64,000 nt of DNA, from the NCBI GenBank assembly GCA_033763315.1, contig JANRKS010000005.1:224001-288000 (forward strand). The letters are read 5' to 3'. This DNA is from Deltaproteobacteria bacterium (GTDB lineage Bacteria; Myxococcota_A; Polyangia; Fen-1088). The notes under the pieces are model-generated. The model ran no database searches and was not told where the DNA came from. It worked only from the letters and a program-made list of their open reading frames with translations. Of this stretch, positions 1 to 10,400 are shown one piece after another. Numbering within the stretch: the stretch's first letter is position 1; the number at the start of each line of letters is the position of its first letter. A program made the translations under genes and the position numbers.

Positions 1-192
1 GGGGCCTTGAAGAAAGCGGGGGTCGGACGGTTTCGGGTTGAACTTGTGCGCGAACCCCCCGCGGAAGTCGCCTCGTTGGTGCAGATTTATCGCGATTTGC
101 TCGAAGGCAGGATGGACGCCACGGCTGCCCGCCACGTGCTGAAAACGGCTTCAGGCTATGGCGTTGTGAGTGGATCGTTGCGTGTGGTGTGA
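1..192 (+). CDS. C-terminal fragment, probably of a U32-family peptidase-like protein (5' truncated by window edge)
   Basis: Frame open from base 1; GVGRFRVEL...YRDLLEG...GVVSGSL resembles the C-terminus of long U32/DUF3656 proteins (recalled, not searched). Confidence 0.5.
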   Translation, partial: GALKKAGVGRFRVELVREPPAEVASLVQIYRDLLEGRMDATAARHVLKTASGYGVVSGSLRVV

Positions 193-233
193 ATGCGGCG
201 CACGCCTTGCAATGCCTGCGCGAGGAGGCTCTC

Positions 234-896
234 ATGACAAGAACGTCGTTTGCTTACGTGTGCTTCGCGTGCATATCTTGGGGCTGTGCGGCGGATCCGG
301 CGCGCCGGGTTGATCCAGATGAACGCAGCGCCCTAGCCCACCGACAAGAGGCGGCGCATGAAGCCCAAGCGGCGCATCACCATGAATCGCAGTATTCACC
401 GAACGCGACGGAAGTGAGCCCATTTCGTGCGCGGTCGGGTGATGGTGATCTGACAGAAGCGACGGCGGTGGTGAACCCCACAGAAATCCATCTCACCCAG
501 GCCCAGTGGCACAAAGCCCACGCTGAGGCGCACTTGAAGGCCGCGCAACAGCTTGAGCGTTTTGAAGACGAGGCTTGCAAGGGCACGCCTGTCAAAGAGC
601 GCGCCGCTTGCCCGTTGCTGGGCCCCGTGACCCACATCCGCGATGTGGAGGGCGGTGTGGCCATCGACTTATCGCCGAAGGTCGACGCCGCGCAAGCCAC
701 GGCGGTCATGCGTTGCCATTACGCTTTTGCCCGCACGCGTGGGTTTGCTCCTGAAGCGGCCGCCTGCCCGCTTTACGTGCGAGGCCTAAACATTGAACAG
801 GCCGGTGCCCACACGGTTGAGATCACCGCAAAAGATGCGGCAACGGTCAAACATGTGCGAGATTCTGCGCGCGCGGAAAGTGTTGCAGCTCCTTAG
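234..896 (+). CDS. Hypothetical His/Cys-rich lipoprotein
   Basis: GAGGAGG RBS before ATG 234; signal ending ISWGC; His-rich helix AHRQEAAHEAQAAHHHE. Confidence 0.7.
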   Translation: MTRTSFAYVCFACISWGCAADPARRVDPDERSALAHRQEAAHEAQAAHHHESQYSPNATEVSPFRARSGDGDLTEATAVVNPTEIHLTQAQWHKAHAEAHLKAAQQLERFEDEACKGTPVKERAACPLLGPVTHIRDVEGGVAIDLSPKVDAAQATAVMRCHYAFARTRGFAPEAAACPLYVRGLNIEQAGAHTVEITAKDAATVKHVRDSARAESVAAP

Positions 897-1159
897 TGGC
901 GCTGTGTGCGTGCGGATCGAGCGACACAGCAACATCCAACGCCGCACTCGATGAGTAGGATTCGTTACTGAATTGCTCAAGGCTTTCTGTCGTCCCGTCG
1001 ATCTTCAAAGGTCGCGGACGGGTGAAGGTCAAGCAACGCAAACGCGCGACGATGGCGTCAGGAAAGCGACGCCAAATTGTCGTGTGATTCTGCGAACCAG
1101 GAACTTCACCACGGACCGCGTGTCAACGAATTGGCTCGCAACGGGGTGGAATCAGCGAA

Positions 1160-4100
1160 ATGCGCAACGGTCTTCAGCGACGTTCTGGGGTATGCGGACA
1201 AACAAAATGGCTGGCGTTGTTGCCATGCGCGGCGGTGCTTGCCGCCTGTGGAGGTGGCGGCGGTACGGTCAGCGTTGACGGTGGCGGCACTGTCTTGCCA
1301 CCGGGGGTGGATGCCAACGAGATGGCTCCCTCGCCAGACGAAGATGCGAATACCGTGTCGGGGATGGACGCCGACGACCGGGAATCAGGTGGCGTGGTTT
1401 CAGCACAGCGCCGCCCTCAGATGCTATCGGTTCCGCCGTCATTTGTGTTGACCACCGAAGAGTATTCGTACACCCCGAAGCATTCGTATGTGGGTGACAC
1501 ACAATGGAATGTTGTGTCTGCACCGCAGGGCGTAGCGGTGCGTGAACGCCGAGTGGTGGCGGATCCGGGCACGTTGCCGGCAGGCGATCACATGATCGTG
1601 ATCGAAGCCAACGTGAACGACACAGTCGTGCGCCAGAGTTTCCCGTTGACCGTGGCGGAACCCGTGCAGCGCGCGGCTCGCCTCGTGACCTCCGATGAGC
1701 CCGCGCAGGTTTCCGTGCAATCGGAAGTGAGCCGCGTGCGGCGCTCGGCCGTGTCCGTGCCCGCCGGGGCCGTGGAGAACGACACAATCGTTTCCATCAA
1801 CGAAGTGAGCCGCGTGCCCGCGCGTGCTGCGTTTAGCGCAGGCGGCCCCGTGGTTGACTTCGGCCCTTCAGGCACTGTTTTCCGCAAGCGCGCGACGGTC
1901 ACGTTGCCACTTGATTCCACGACGATGGACCCAAACAAAGTCGGCGCTTTCACCTACAACACCAAAGCCGGTCGATGGGAGCCGGTCGAAGTTTTGGCCA
2001 TAGACAAGCCCAACAAGCTTGTGATCGCGAAGGCGTCGCACTTCTCGATGTACATGGCCGCGGAATCTGCCTTCGCCTTGGAAAGTTCCCTTGGGCTCAT
2101 GCCGAACCCGCCGCGCTGTGAAGGCAATGTGTCCGCACAAAGCGTGCTTAAGGCGACAGACTCAGATGTTCCCGCCGCCTCTGTGAACAATCTTTCCGAC
2201 GAGATGAAGGCGCTTCTGCCCGCTTCGGTTGACGCCGATATGGATGGCGTTCCTGAGAAGCAGGCCTCCGTTCGTGATCTGCTGTTATCAGGAAAGTTCC
2301 GCGGCACCTTGCGCTTTGTTTATGTGACGTCGTTGTTTGAAGGGGAGGAAGCGCAACGCGTGGAAGTGGGCCAACAGGCTTTGGCCGCCTCGCTGTTCGT
2401 CGGCGACGATGGCAAAGCATTGGTGACGCTGACCGACGCCGTTGGCAACGTGCTTGAATCCAAGACCTTCGCCGATGTGGCGAACAACTTGGCTGCCATG
2501 TGGCCGCGCCTCACGGGCGCTTCGTTGCACGCGATCTTTGCAGATGCACCCAAGACGGGCCTCAGCCTCGGCGCGCGCGTGCACATGATCTATTACCCCG
2601 ACAACCGCACCTCCGAAGCGTTCGGCGTGGCGGATCTGGGGCAATCGCTGGTTGAAACGTCGCCAGGCGTCAGTGTTGATCCCATGGCGCGTGCCAACGA
2701 TTACGACATCGACTGTGACCACTTGGTCGGCCAGTTCGATGGCGATGACAGCCGGTTCAGCCCCGTTGTGAGCGCGACGCCTGAGGACGTCACGTCGATG
2801 TTCGTTGGCGAAACAGTACGCCTTTCGGCCACTGTGTTGAACGTGAGCTCGACCCCCGAAGCACAGTGGGACGCCGGTGGTGGCACGCTGACGCCAGCCG
2901 CGGATGACCCGGACGCCCGCCAATTCACGGCCTCGCAGCCGGGGCGATACTCGATCGTGTTCAAGGCAAAGTCTGGTACAACCGCCTTGTCGCACACGTT
3001 CGTGGTGGACGTGTCTGCGTTGCCGATCACCAACACGCCGCCGCAATGTTCCCCGCTTGCCAGCGCTGACACGGGCGTGGTGGGTGAGGTGGTTGCACTC
3101 AAGGCCTTGGTGCAAGACAAAGAATCACCAGCGGATGCCCTGACCGTGGAATGGGGGCTTTTGGATCCAGGCGCCGATCCCTTATCAACAGTCGATGATA
3201 AGTTGGTTGCTACAGGTCTTGTTGAAGGCGAGGGCATTGTTGGTACTTTGTCGCTAAAGAACGAGGGCACCTTCACAGTGGCCTGCCGTGCGTTCGATGG
3301 CAAAGTTTGGGGGGCGCCAGGCACCACGCGGGTGGCAGCGGTGGCCAAGGGCGTGAACCAAGCACCTACCGATGTGTTTCTGTCGCCTTCCGTGGCTGAC
3401 TTGCTCGTGGGGCAAACGGTTCAACTTGCCTTGCGGGCCAGCGATCCTGAAGGCAAGCCGTTGACGTTCGTTTGGAAAGCAACGCTTGGAACAACCGGCG
3501 AGGACGTGCCGCTGTTGGGCGAGCCGTTTGCCATCGTGGGTGGCAGTGCAGTGGTGTTCACTGGTTCGCAGGCTGGCGTGTTTGAGGTCCGCGCCGATGT
3601 GTCCGATGGCGAATTCAAGGGCGAAACCCAGGTGGCGAAGATCCTGGTCCGGGAGAAGGCGCCCTCCAAGGTCGATATGGACCAAGACGGATTCTCGGCG
3701 GGCACAGGACCGGGCGAAGACTGCAACGACGCCGACGCCAAGATCAACCCCGGCGCCTTCGATATCTGTGGCAACGACGTGGATGAAAACTGCGACGGCG
3801 TGGTGTCAAAGGATGATTGCGACCGAGATGGTTGGAAGGTTTGTGCGGCGGGCGCTTCCGAGGGATGCGACTGCAACGACGGCAACGCGCAGGTGAGTCC
3901 CGCGGCGCGTGAGTTGTGTGACGGCAAAGACAACAACTGTGACGGCAAGGTGGACGAGAACTTTGGCGTGGGCCTCGCCTGTACCGTGGGCCTGGGTGCG
4001 TGCCAGAACTCGGGCAAAATGCAGTGTGCGCCAGATGGCCAACGGGCTTTGTGCGCTGGTGCGCCATTGGCGGCCAAGCCAGAGATTTGTGACGACGTTG

Positions 4101-6787
4101 ACAACGACTGCGACCTGCTCGTTGACGAGGACAATATCTGCATCAAAGAGACCGCAGGTGTGTTCTTCAAGTGCGCTGTGCCTACGGCCACAGACGATCC
4201 CACGAAGTTCGCCAACTGTGGCGTGCTGGCCAATGAAGGCTTTCAGTTGCGCGACGACGGCGCGATCGTTTTGCTTTCCGCGCCCAAGGGTGCGATGTAC
4301 TTCGATCCAAAGGCGGCCGCTTACTGCTGGTACAACCAAGGCACGTGGCGGCTGCGCGACTCTAAGTCGATGCTCGTGAATTTGCCCGATAGCCAAGGGC
4401 AAACGTCGAACGATGTCGTGGACATCCTGTCGCGCAGCGTTGACCGAATGACGATCGGCTTTGCGAATCCAGGGCCGAATATGGCCAAGATCCAGGACAA
4501 CCGCCGCATCGCCGAAAAGACCACAGGCAAGTGCGATTTTGATCCGCGTTGCTCTTCACGGCCAGAGGTGTGTAACGGCGTTGACGACGATTGCGATGGC
4601 AAGGTCGATGAGGATCTTTCATGCCCCGCTACGTGTGACAAAGATGGCAGAGACAACAACAACAACGGCAAGGTTGACGAGCCAGGCGAGCCTTGTGCAC
4701 CCGCTTGCGACATGGACAAGGTTGACAACAACGGCAACGGGGTTGTCGATGAGGCGGGTGAGCAGTGCTCTGCCCCACCTGTGGCGTGTGACAAAGATGG
4801 CAAGGACAACAATCTGGACGGCAAGGTCGACGAGGCCGGTGAGCCGTGTTCCCCGCCATGCGACAAGGATCGCATCGACAACAACGGCAATGGCGTGGTG
4901 GATGAGTCTGGTGAGGTGTGTGGCCCTGCCGCGGCTTGTGACAAAGATGGCAGGGACAACAACAACAACGGCAAGGTTGATGAACCAGGTGAGCCTTGTG
5001 CACCGGCTTGCGACATGGACAAGGTTGACAACAATGGCAACGGCGTTGTGGACGAAACGGGCGAGGCCTGTGGCCCAGCGGTGGGTTGTGACAAGGACGG
5101 CCGCGACAACAATGGCGACGGCAAGATCGATGAGCCCGGCGAGCTATGCGGCGGAACGTCTGTGGAGTGCGACCGAGACGGGCGTGACAACAACAATGAC
5201 GGCCGCATTGATGAACTGGGCGAGCCCTGCGCGCCGCCGTGCGACGCTGACAAAATCGACAACAACGGCAACGGCATGGTGGATGAGGCGGGCGAAATGT
5301 GCGGCCCCGTTACAGCCTGCGACAAAGACGGACGCGACAACAACAACAACGGCAAGGTTGACGAGCCAGGCGAGCCTTGCGCACCCGCATGCGACATGGA
5401 TCGCATAGACAACAATGGCAACGGCACTGTGGACGAAGCGGCCGAGCCATGTGGTCCCGCGGTTTCGTGTGACAAGGACGGCAAAGACAACAACGGCAAC
5501 GGCATGGTGGATGAAGCTGGCGAAGCTTGTGGTCCCGCTGTCGCGTGCGAAAAGGACGGCCGCGATAACAACAACGACGGACGAGTTGATGAAGCCGGTG
5601 AGCCGTGTGCACCACCATGCGACGCTGACAAGATCGACAACAACGGCAACGGCATGGTCGATGAAGCCGGCGAGGCTTGTGGCCCACCTGTTTCGTGTGA
5701 CAAGGACGGCAAAGACAACAACGGCAACGGCATGGTGGATGAAGCCGGCGAAGCTTGTGGTCCCGCTGTCTCATGCGAAAAGGACGGCCGCGATAACAAC
5801 AACGACGGTCGAGTTGATGAAGCCGGTGAGCCGTGTGCACCACCATGCGATGCTGACAAGATCGACAACAACAGCGACGGTCGAGTTGATGAAGCCGGCG
5901 AGGCTTGTGGCCCGGCCGTGTCGTGCGACAAGGACGGCCGCGACAACAACGGCAACGGGATGGTGGATGAAGCCGGCGAAGCTTGTGGCCCACCTGTGTC
6001 GTGCGACAAAGATGGTAAAGACAACAACGGCAACGGCATGGTCGATGAAGCTGGCGAGCCGTGTTCTGGCCCTGTGAGCTGCGACGCTGACAAGATCGAC
6101 AACAACGGCAACGGCATGGTCGATGAAATCGGCGAGGCCTGTGGTCCGGCCGTGTCGTGTGACAAGGACGGCAAAGACAACAACGGCAACGGCATGGTTG
6201 ATGAGCCAGGCGAGCCGTGTGTTGGCCCACCTGTGTCGTGTGACAAGGACGGCAAAGACAACAACGGCAACGGCATGGTGGATGAAGCCGGCGAGCCCTG
6301 TTCTGGCCCTGTCACGTGCGAGGCGGATCGCATCGACAACAACGGCAACGGGATGGTGGACGAACCGGGTGAGCCATGCAATGCGCCCCAATACTGTGAC
6401 AAAGATGGCAAGGACAACAACGGCAACGGCATGGTCGATGAAGCCGGTGAAGCTTGTGGTCCGGCCGTATCGTGCGACAAGGACGACAAAGACAACAACG
6501 GCAACGGCATGGTGGATGAGCCAGGCGAGCCGTGTGTTGGTCCACCCGTGTCGTGCGACAAAGATGGTAAAGACAACAACAACAACGGCATGGTCGATGA
6601 AGCCGGCGAGCCATGCAATGCGCCCCAATACTGCGACAAGGACGGCATCGACAACAACGGCAACGGGATGGTGGACGAACCTGGCGAGCCATGCAATTCG
6701 CCTCAATACTGCGACAAGGACGGCAAAGACAACAACGGCAACGGCACGGTCGATGAAGCCGGAGAGCTTTGCGGTCCCATCAGCTAA
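1160..6787 (+). CDS. Giant secreted lipoprotein: ZU5-like domain, Ig/PKD-like domains, MopE-type metal-binding motifs and 28 C-terminal acidic Cys-bounded repeats
   Basis: 1875-aa ORF; lipobox VLAAC; VPAGAV...FGPSGTVF...SHFS; DCNDADAKINPGAFDICGNDVDENCDG-type motifs; repeat array. Confidence 0.85.
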   Translation: MRNGLQRRSGVCGQTKWLALLPCAAVLAACGGGGGTVSVDGGGTVLPPGVDANEMAPSPDEDANTVSGMDADDRESGGVVSAQRRPQMLSVPPSFVLTTEEYSYTPKHSYVGDTQWNVVSAPQGVAVRERRVVADPGTLPAGDHMIVIEANVNDTVVRQSFPLTVAEPVQRAARLVTSDEPAQVSVQSEVSRVRRSAVSVPAGAVENDTIVSINEVSRVPARAAFSAGGPVVDFGPSGTVFRKRATVTLPLDSTTMDPNKVGAFTYNTKAGRWEPVEVLAIDKPNKLVIAKASHFSMYMAAESAFALESSLGLMPNPPRCEGNVSAQSVLKATDSDVPAASVNNLSDEMKALLPASVDADMDGVPEKQASVRDLLLSGKFRGTLRFVYVTSLFEGEEAQRVEVGQQALAASLFVGDDGKALVTLTDAVGNVLESKTFADVANNLAAMWPRLTGASLHAIFADAPKTGLSLGARVHMIYYPDNRTSEAFGVADLGQSLVETSPGVSVDPMARANDYDIDCDHLVGQFDGDDSRFSPVVSATPEDVTSMFVGETVRLSATVLNVSSTPEAQWDAGGGTLTPAADDPDARQFTASQPGRYSIVFKAKSGTTALSHTFVVDVSALPITNTPPQCSPLASADTGVVGEVVALKALVQDKESPADALTVEWGLLDPGADPLSTVDDKLVATGLVEGEGIVGTLSLKNEGTFTVACRAFDGKVWGAPGTTRVAAVAKGVNQAPTDVFLSPSVADLLVGQTVQLALRASDPEGKPLTFVWKATLGTTGEDVPLLGEPFAIVGGSAVVFTGSQAGVFEVRADVSDGEFKGETQVAKILVREKAPSKVDMDQDGFSAGTGPGEDCNDADAKINPGAFDICGNDVDENCDGVVSKDDCDRDGWKVCAAGASEGCDCNDGNAQVSPAARELCDGKDNNCDGKVDENFGVGLACTVGLGACQNSGKMQCAPDGQRALCAGAPLAAKPEICDDVDNDCDLLVDEDNICIKETAGVFFKCAVPTATDDPTKFANCGVLANEGFQLRDDGAIVLLSAPKGAMYFDPKAAAYCWYNQGTWRLRDSKSMLVNLPDSQGQTSNDVVDILSRSVDRMTIGFANPGPNMAKIQDNRRIAEKTTGKCDFDPRCSSRPEVCNGVDDDCDGKVDEDLSCPATCDKDGRDNNNNGKVDEPGEPCAPACDMDKVDNNGNGVVDEAGEQCSAPPVACDKDGKDNNLDGKVDEAGEPCSPPCDKDRIDNNGNGVVDESGEVCGPAAACDKDGRDNNNNGKVDEPGEPCAPACDMDKVDNNGNGVVDETGEACGPAVGCDKDGRDNNGDGKIDEPGELCGGTSVECDRDGRDNNNDGRIDELGEPCAPPCDADKIDNNGNGMVDEAGEMCGPVTACDKDGRDNNNNGKVDEPGEPCAPACDMDRIDNNGNGTVDEAAEPCGPAVSCDKDGKDNNGNGMVDEAGEACGPAVACEKDGRDNNNDGRVDEAGEPCAPPCDADKIDNNGNGMVDEAGEACGPPVSCDKDGKDNNGNGMVDEAGEACGPAVSCEKDGRDNNNDGRVDEAGEPCAPPCDADKIDNNSDGRVDEAGEACGPAVSCDKDGRDNNGNGMVDEAGEACGPPVSCDKDGKDNNGNGMVDEAGEPCSGPVSCDADKIDNNGNGMVDEIGEACGPAVSCDKDGKDNNGNGMVDEPGEPCVGPPVSCDKDGKDNNGNGMVDEAGEPCSGPVTCEADRIDNNGNGMVDEPGEPCNAPQYCDKDGKDNNGNGMVDEAGEACGPAVSCDKDDKDNNGNGMVDEPGEPCVGPPVSCDKDGKDNNNNGMVDEAGEPCNAPQYCDKDGIDNNGNGMVDEPGEPCNSPQYCDKDGKDNNGNGTVDEAGELCGPIS
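4634..6772 (+). repeat. Coding tandem repeat: 28 copies of C-[DE]-x-D-x-x-D-N-N-x-[ND]-G-x-[VI]-D-E-x-x-E-x-C with 3-6 aa linkers
   Basis: Counted by hand in the translation; DNA unit 72-81 bp containing gacaacaacggcaacggc-like cores. Confidence 0.95.
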
Positions 6788-6879
6788 GATGATGTGAAAC
6801 AGGCAGCGACCACGCACGGCCCGTGCGTTTTAGATCGGCCGTTTACCAACCGGGCGACGCGCGATAAGGTGCGGCAGCG

Positions 6880-7452
6880 ATGCGGCACCTTCGTGCGTGT
6901 TTTGGATTGCGTCATCTGCGCGTTTTGGCGTTCGGGTGTCTCGTGCGTTCATTGGCCTCACCAGCACACGCGGCTGACGCCCCTCCTGCTGCCGCGGGTT
7001 CCGAAGCGCTTGGCGGATCGGAAGCCGCGCGTGAGCTGTGGGCGGCGCAGACCGAGTTCGAGCGCCAACGGAAGAGCCCCGCGCTTGGGTTTGCGCTTGA
7101 GCTTGCGTTGCCGTCGCTGGGCAACTTCTACGCGCGTGAACCGGAAGAAGGCACGTTGACGTTGACGGGCCTATTGATTGGCGGCTTCTTCTTGGCTGAT
7201 GGTTACGGCTTGGTGTGCGAAACGTTTAAGCACGACGACTCTGGCTGCAAACGCAAAACGTTCAGTCTGGTGCAAGGCTGGATCTTCGTGGTGGGCAGCC
7301 GTCTGTATGGCCTGACCAGCGCGCCCATGAATGTTGCGCGCTTCAATCGCGCTTTGCGTGCGCGCCTGGGCGTCGATGCCGCCTGGTCAATGAATGTGGT
7401 GCCATGGTTGGGCCCGCGGAACGCGGGCCTCGCGTTGGCGCTACGGTTCTGA
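6880..7452 (+). CDS. Hypothetical exported/membrane protein
   Basis: Signal peptide (SPAHA), KSPALGFALELALPSLGNFY hydrophobic segment, C-terminal GLALALRF. Confidence 0.65.
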   Translation: MRHLRACFGLRHLRVLAFGCLVRSLASPAHAADAPPAAAGSEALGGSEAARELWAAQTEFERQRKSPALGFALELALPSLGNFYAREPEEGTLTLTGLLIGGFFLADGYGLVCETFKHDDSGCKRKTFSLVQGWIFVVGSRLYGLTSAPMNVARFNRALRARLGVDAAWSMNVVPWLGPRNAGLALALRF

Positions 7453-7485
7453 GCTGGAGCTGGGGGGCCCTAACGGGCTGAGTGG

Positions 7486-10400
7486 CTACCGCACGTCGTC
7501 TGGCTGGCGTAACGCAGCGAGCAGCTGCTCGATCTTCTGCTCCAACGCACGACGATCTTCTAGGCTGCGAGCCGCCGCGCGCACAAGCGGGATCAGCGTG
7601 CGTTCAACGATCGCCACTTGCTGCCCCAACGCTTCTTCAACGCCGCGAGGCGCCTCGGTTTGCACGGTGAGATTCACGGGGCGCTTCTCCATCGCATGCA
7701 AGATGGCGTCGAGGCGGCCCAGGTGATCGGCCAGCCAATGCGGCAACCCATCGCCATCTTTCTTTTCCGTGGCGGTGGTTGTGGCACGCGGCTTTTCAAG
7801 CGCGCTGCGAATGCCTTGCAGTTGGCCGCCCAGATCTGAAAGTTGCCCCGTGACCCGGGTGACGGGATCGTCTTCGGCTCCACCCAGTTTTTTCACGCGA
7901 ACAAATTCGTGCTTGATGTCGTTCCACCGCTTGGCTTGCGTGGGCGATAGGGTGCCGCGCAACTCCGCCAGCTTTAGCAAATTGGTTTCCGCGCCCGTGG
8001 TCAACGTTTGTGCCTCACCCACGTAGTGATCCTCAATCAGCCGATCCAGCTCCTCGGGCGTCATCGCGCCCACAACCTTCTCGGCAAGCTTGCTCATGTT
8101 GCGGTAACTGCCTTGCAGCTTGAACGGAGGCTCCGTGCGGAACTTATCGTCGGTGGAAGCAGACGCGATGTATTGCTGGTTCACCCGCAGCAGGGTTTTC
8201 TGCACCACCATCAGGCGCTCAAGCACGGCCTTGATGTCCGCAAGTTCCACCGCCGCATAACCGTGGCTTAGATCCGTGGTGGCGAGCACCTCGCCTTGCG
8301 CCATGCGGATCAATTTATAAATGTCGGCTTGGTCGCGCGTGGCAAGCGGCGCCAAAACGGGGTTTGATGTGATTGCGTTTTCAATGTAGCTCAGTGCAAA
8401 AACATCGTCTTTGCCCGAGAGAATGTCACCCAGATTGTAGGTGTCGGCACGGTTCGCGAGCATGTCGGGAATTTGGAAGCGATCTCCCGATTCGGTGTAG
8501 GGGTTGCCCGCCATCACCACGCAAAAACGTTTGCCGCGCATATCATACGTGCGCGTGCGGCCCTTCCACACGCCTTCGATGCGGCGTTGAGCGTCGCACA
8601 GCGAAATGAACTTTTGCAGTAGCTCCGGGTGCGTGTGCTGGATGTCGTCGAGATAAAGCATCACGTTGTTGCCCATCTCCAACGCCAAGTTGATCTTCTC
8701 CACCTCTTGGCGCGCGGTGGCGTTCGGCGCTTCTTCGGGATCGAGCGATCGCACCTCGTGCCCAAGCGAAGGGCCATTGACCTTCATGAACACCAGACCC
8801 AGGCGGCTGGCCACATACTCCATCAACGTGGTTTTGCCGTATCCCGGTGGGGAGATCACCAGCAGCAAACCCATCAGATCGGTGCGCTTCTTTTCGCCGG
8901 CGGCACCCATCTGTTTGGCGAGGTTGTCGCCCACGAGCGGCAAATAGACTTCGTTGACCAAGCGGTTGCGCACGAAAGACGTCAACACGCGCGGTTTGAA
9001 CTCGTCTAGCCGCAACCGCGTACGCTCGCGTGCAAGCAAGGCCTGCCTTTGTTGCTTGTAATCGGCAAAGCCCGGCACGCGCTCGCTCACAAACCGTTGC
9101 AGCCGTGGCAAGAATTCATCAAGGCGCAGGCGTAAGGTGCCGTTCTCGATGCGCGGGTGGTTGCCCAACAAACCCGTGACTTCCGTCATCGTCCGCGCTG
9201 TCGAGGTGCCGCGGTCGAGCGTGCGTTCGGTGAGCAAGAGCGCCGCGACCTCTGGTGCAAAATGGGTTGCGTGGGCGTCTTGGTCGCCGGGGTTGGGGCG
9301 CGCCACGAACGCATCGATCCACGCGCGTGCCACGGCCAAGCGCGCCGCCAAATCGTCTTGCAGTGAGCGAAGGTCTTCTTCGAAGGCCAAACGTTGACCG
9401 CTGCGATCCAAATGCGCGGCGAAAGCCTCGCGAATGCTAAACGCCTCATGACTGCACACGAACCGAGGTTGCGTGGCCGCCAACTCTTCGATGAGGTACC
9501 TCGCTGCTGCAGGTGCCACGTCGGTCGCGCCGCGATCAGGCAGTTTCGCGGCGAAGGTGGCCACGGCGGTTTGCAGCTCTTGCGCCAGCTCCTCGTGCGC
9601 GCGCGTGGGACCCAACAGCGCGCGCAACCGTGCCAGGCTTCCGGCCTGCCGGTGCCACTTGTCGAGCGCCGAGGCTTCCACGCCTTCGGCCCAAAACAAC
9701 GTGGCCAACGCCCGCGCCTGCGGCGAAAACCGCAGCAACCCGGCCGCTTGTCGCAGATCCAGCAGCTTTTCGAGAATCGCCGTGGCATCCGCATCGTGCA
9801 CGCCGCGTTCGTAGCCCTCGTCGTAACGTGAGGCCGCCGCTTTGCGCACGTGCTCTTGCAGCCCGCCTGGCGACAACCGCGCCTCTTGCAGCGCTGCAAC
9901 AGACAGATTGCCTTGCCCCGCTTCCGCCGCAAACAGCATACTCGCCGCCAGGTATTCGCCGCGGTAGACATCGCTGGTCTCCGAAGCCAACGTTTGGCTC
10001 CAGTAGGGGCGCGTGGCGGCGAACGCCGTGTCCGTCACCGCTTCACGATAGTCAGTCCCGGTGACGGCAAGGGCCATCGCTTCACCTTCAGCCTGCGGCA
10101 CCAGCGTCAGGTCCAGCGGCTGCGTGTTGACCGTGAACTTGTGTTTGCCTAGACGAATGACATTGTCGCCGTCTTCGTAAAGATCCAGCTTGTCCTTCAG
10201 GCCACGCAGCGCTTCTTGTTGGGCGCTTTTGACCTTCGAGCCGAGTTCGTCGGCGCGCGTGCCTTCGCCCAGCTCAACCAGGCGCACAGCGAGCTCGCGC
10301 ACCTTCAAGATCATCGGGTCCGCGGCGAAGTAACCGTTCAATTCGTCCACGCTCTTGAGCGTTTGTGCGCGCCGACCCACGCCCTGCAAGATGCGTTCGG

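Noticed and set aside
4634-6772. CRISPR-like periodic DNA repeats
   Set aside because: Units stay in frame within a long ORF, vary at synonymous positions, have no unique spacers, and no cas genes are present
4634-6772. AAC-rich repeats as a diversity-generating retroelement template
   Set aside because: No reverse transcriptase in the window; AAC codons simply encode the conserved Asn residues and differences are not adenine-specific
4321-6817. Long antisense and alternate-frame ORFs (791, 348, 315, 306 aa)
   Set aside because: Stop-free shadows of the repetitive coding strand with low-complexity translations
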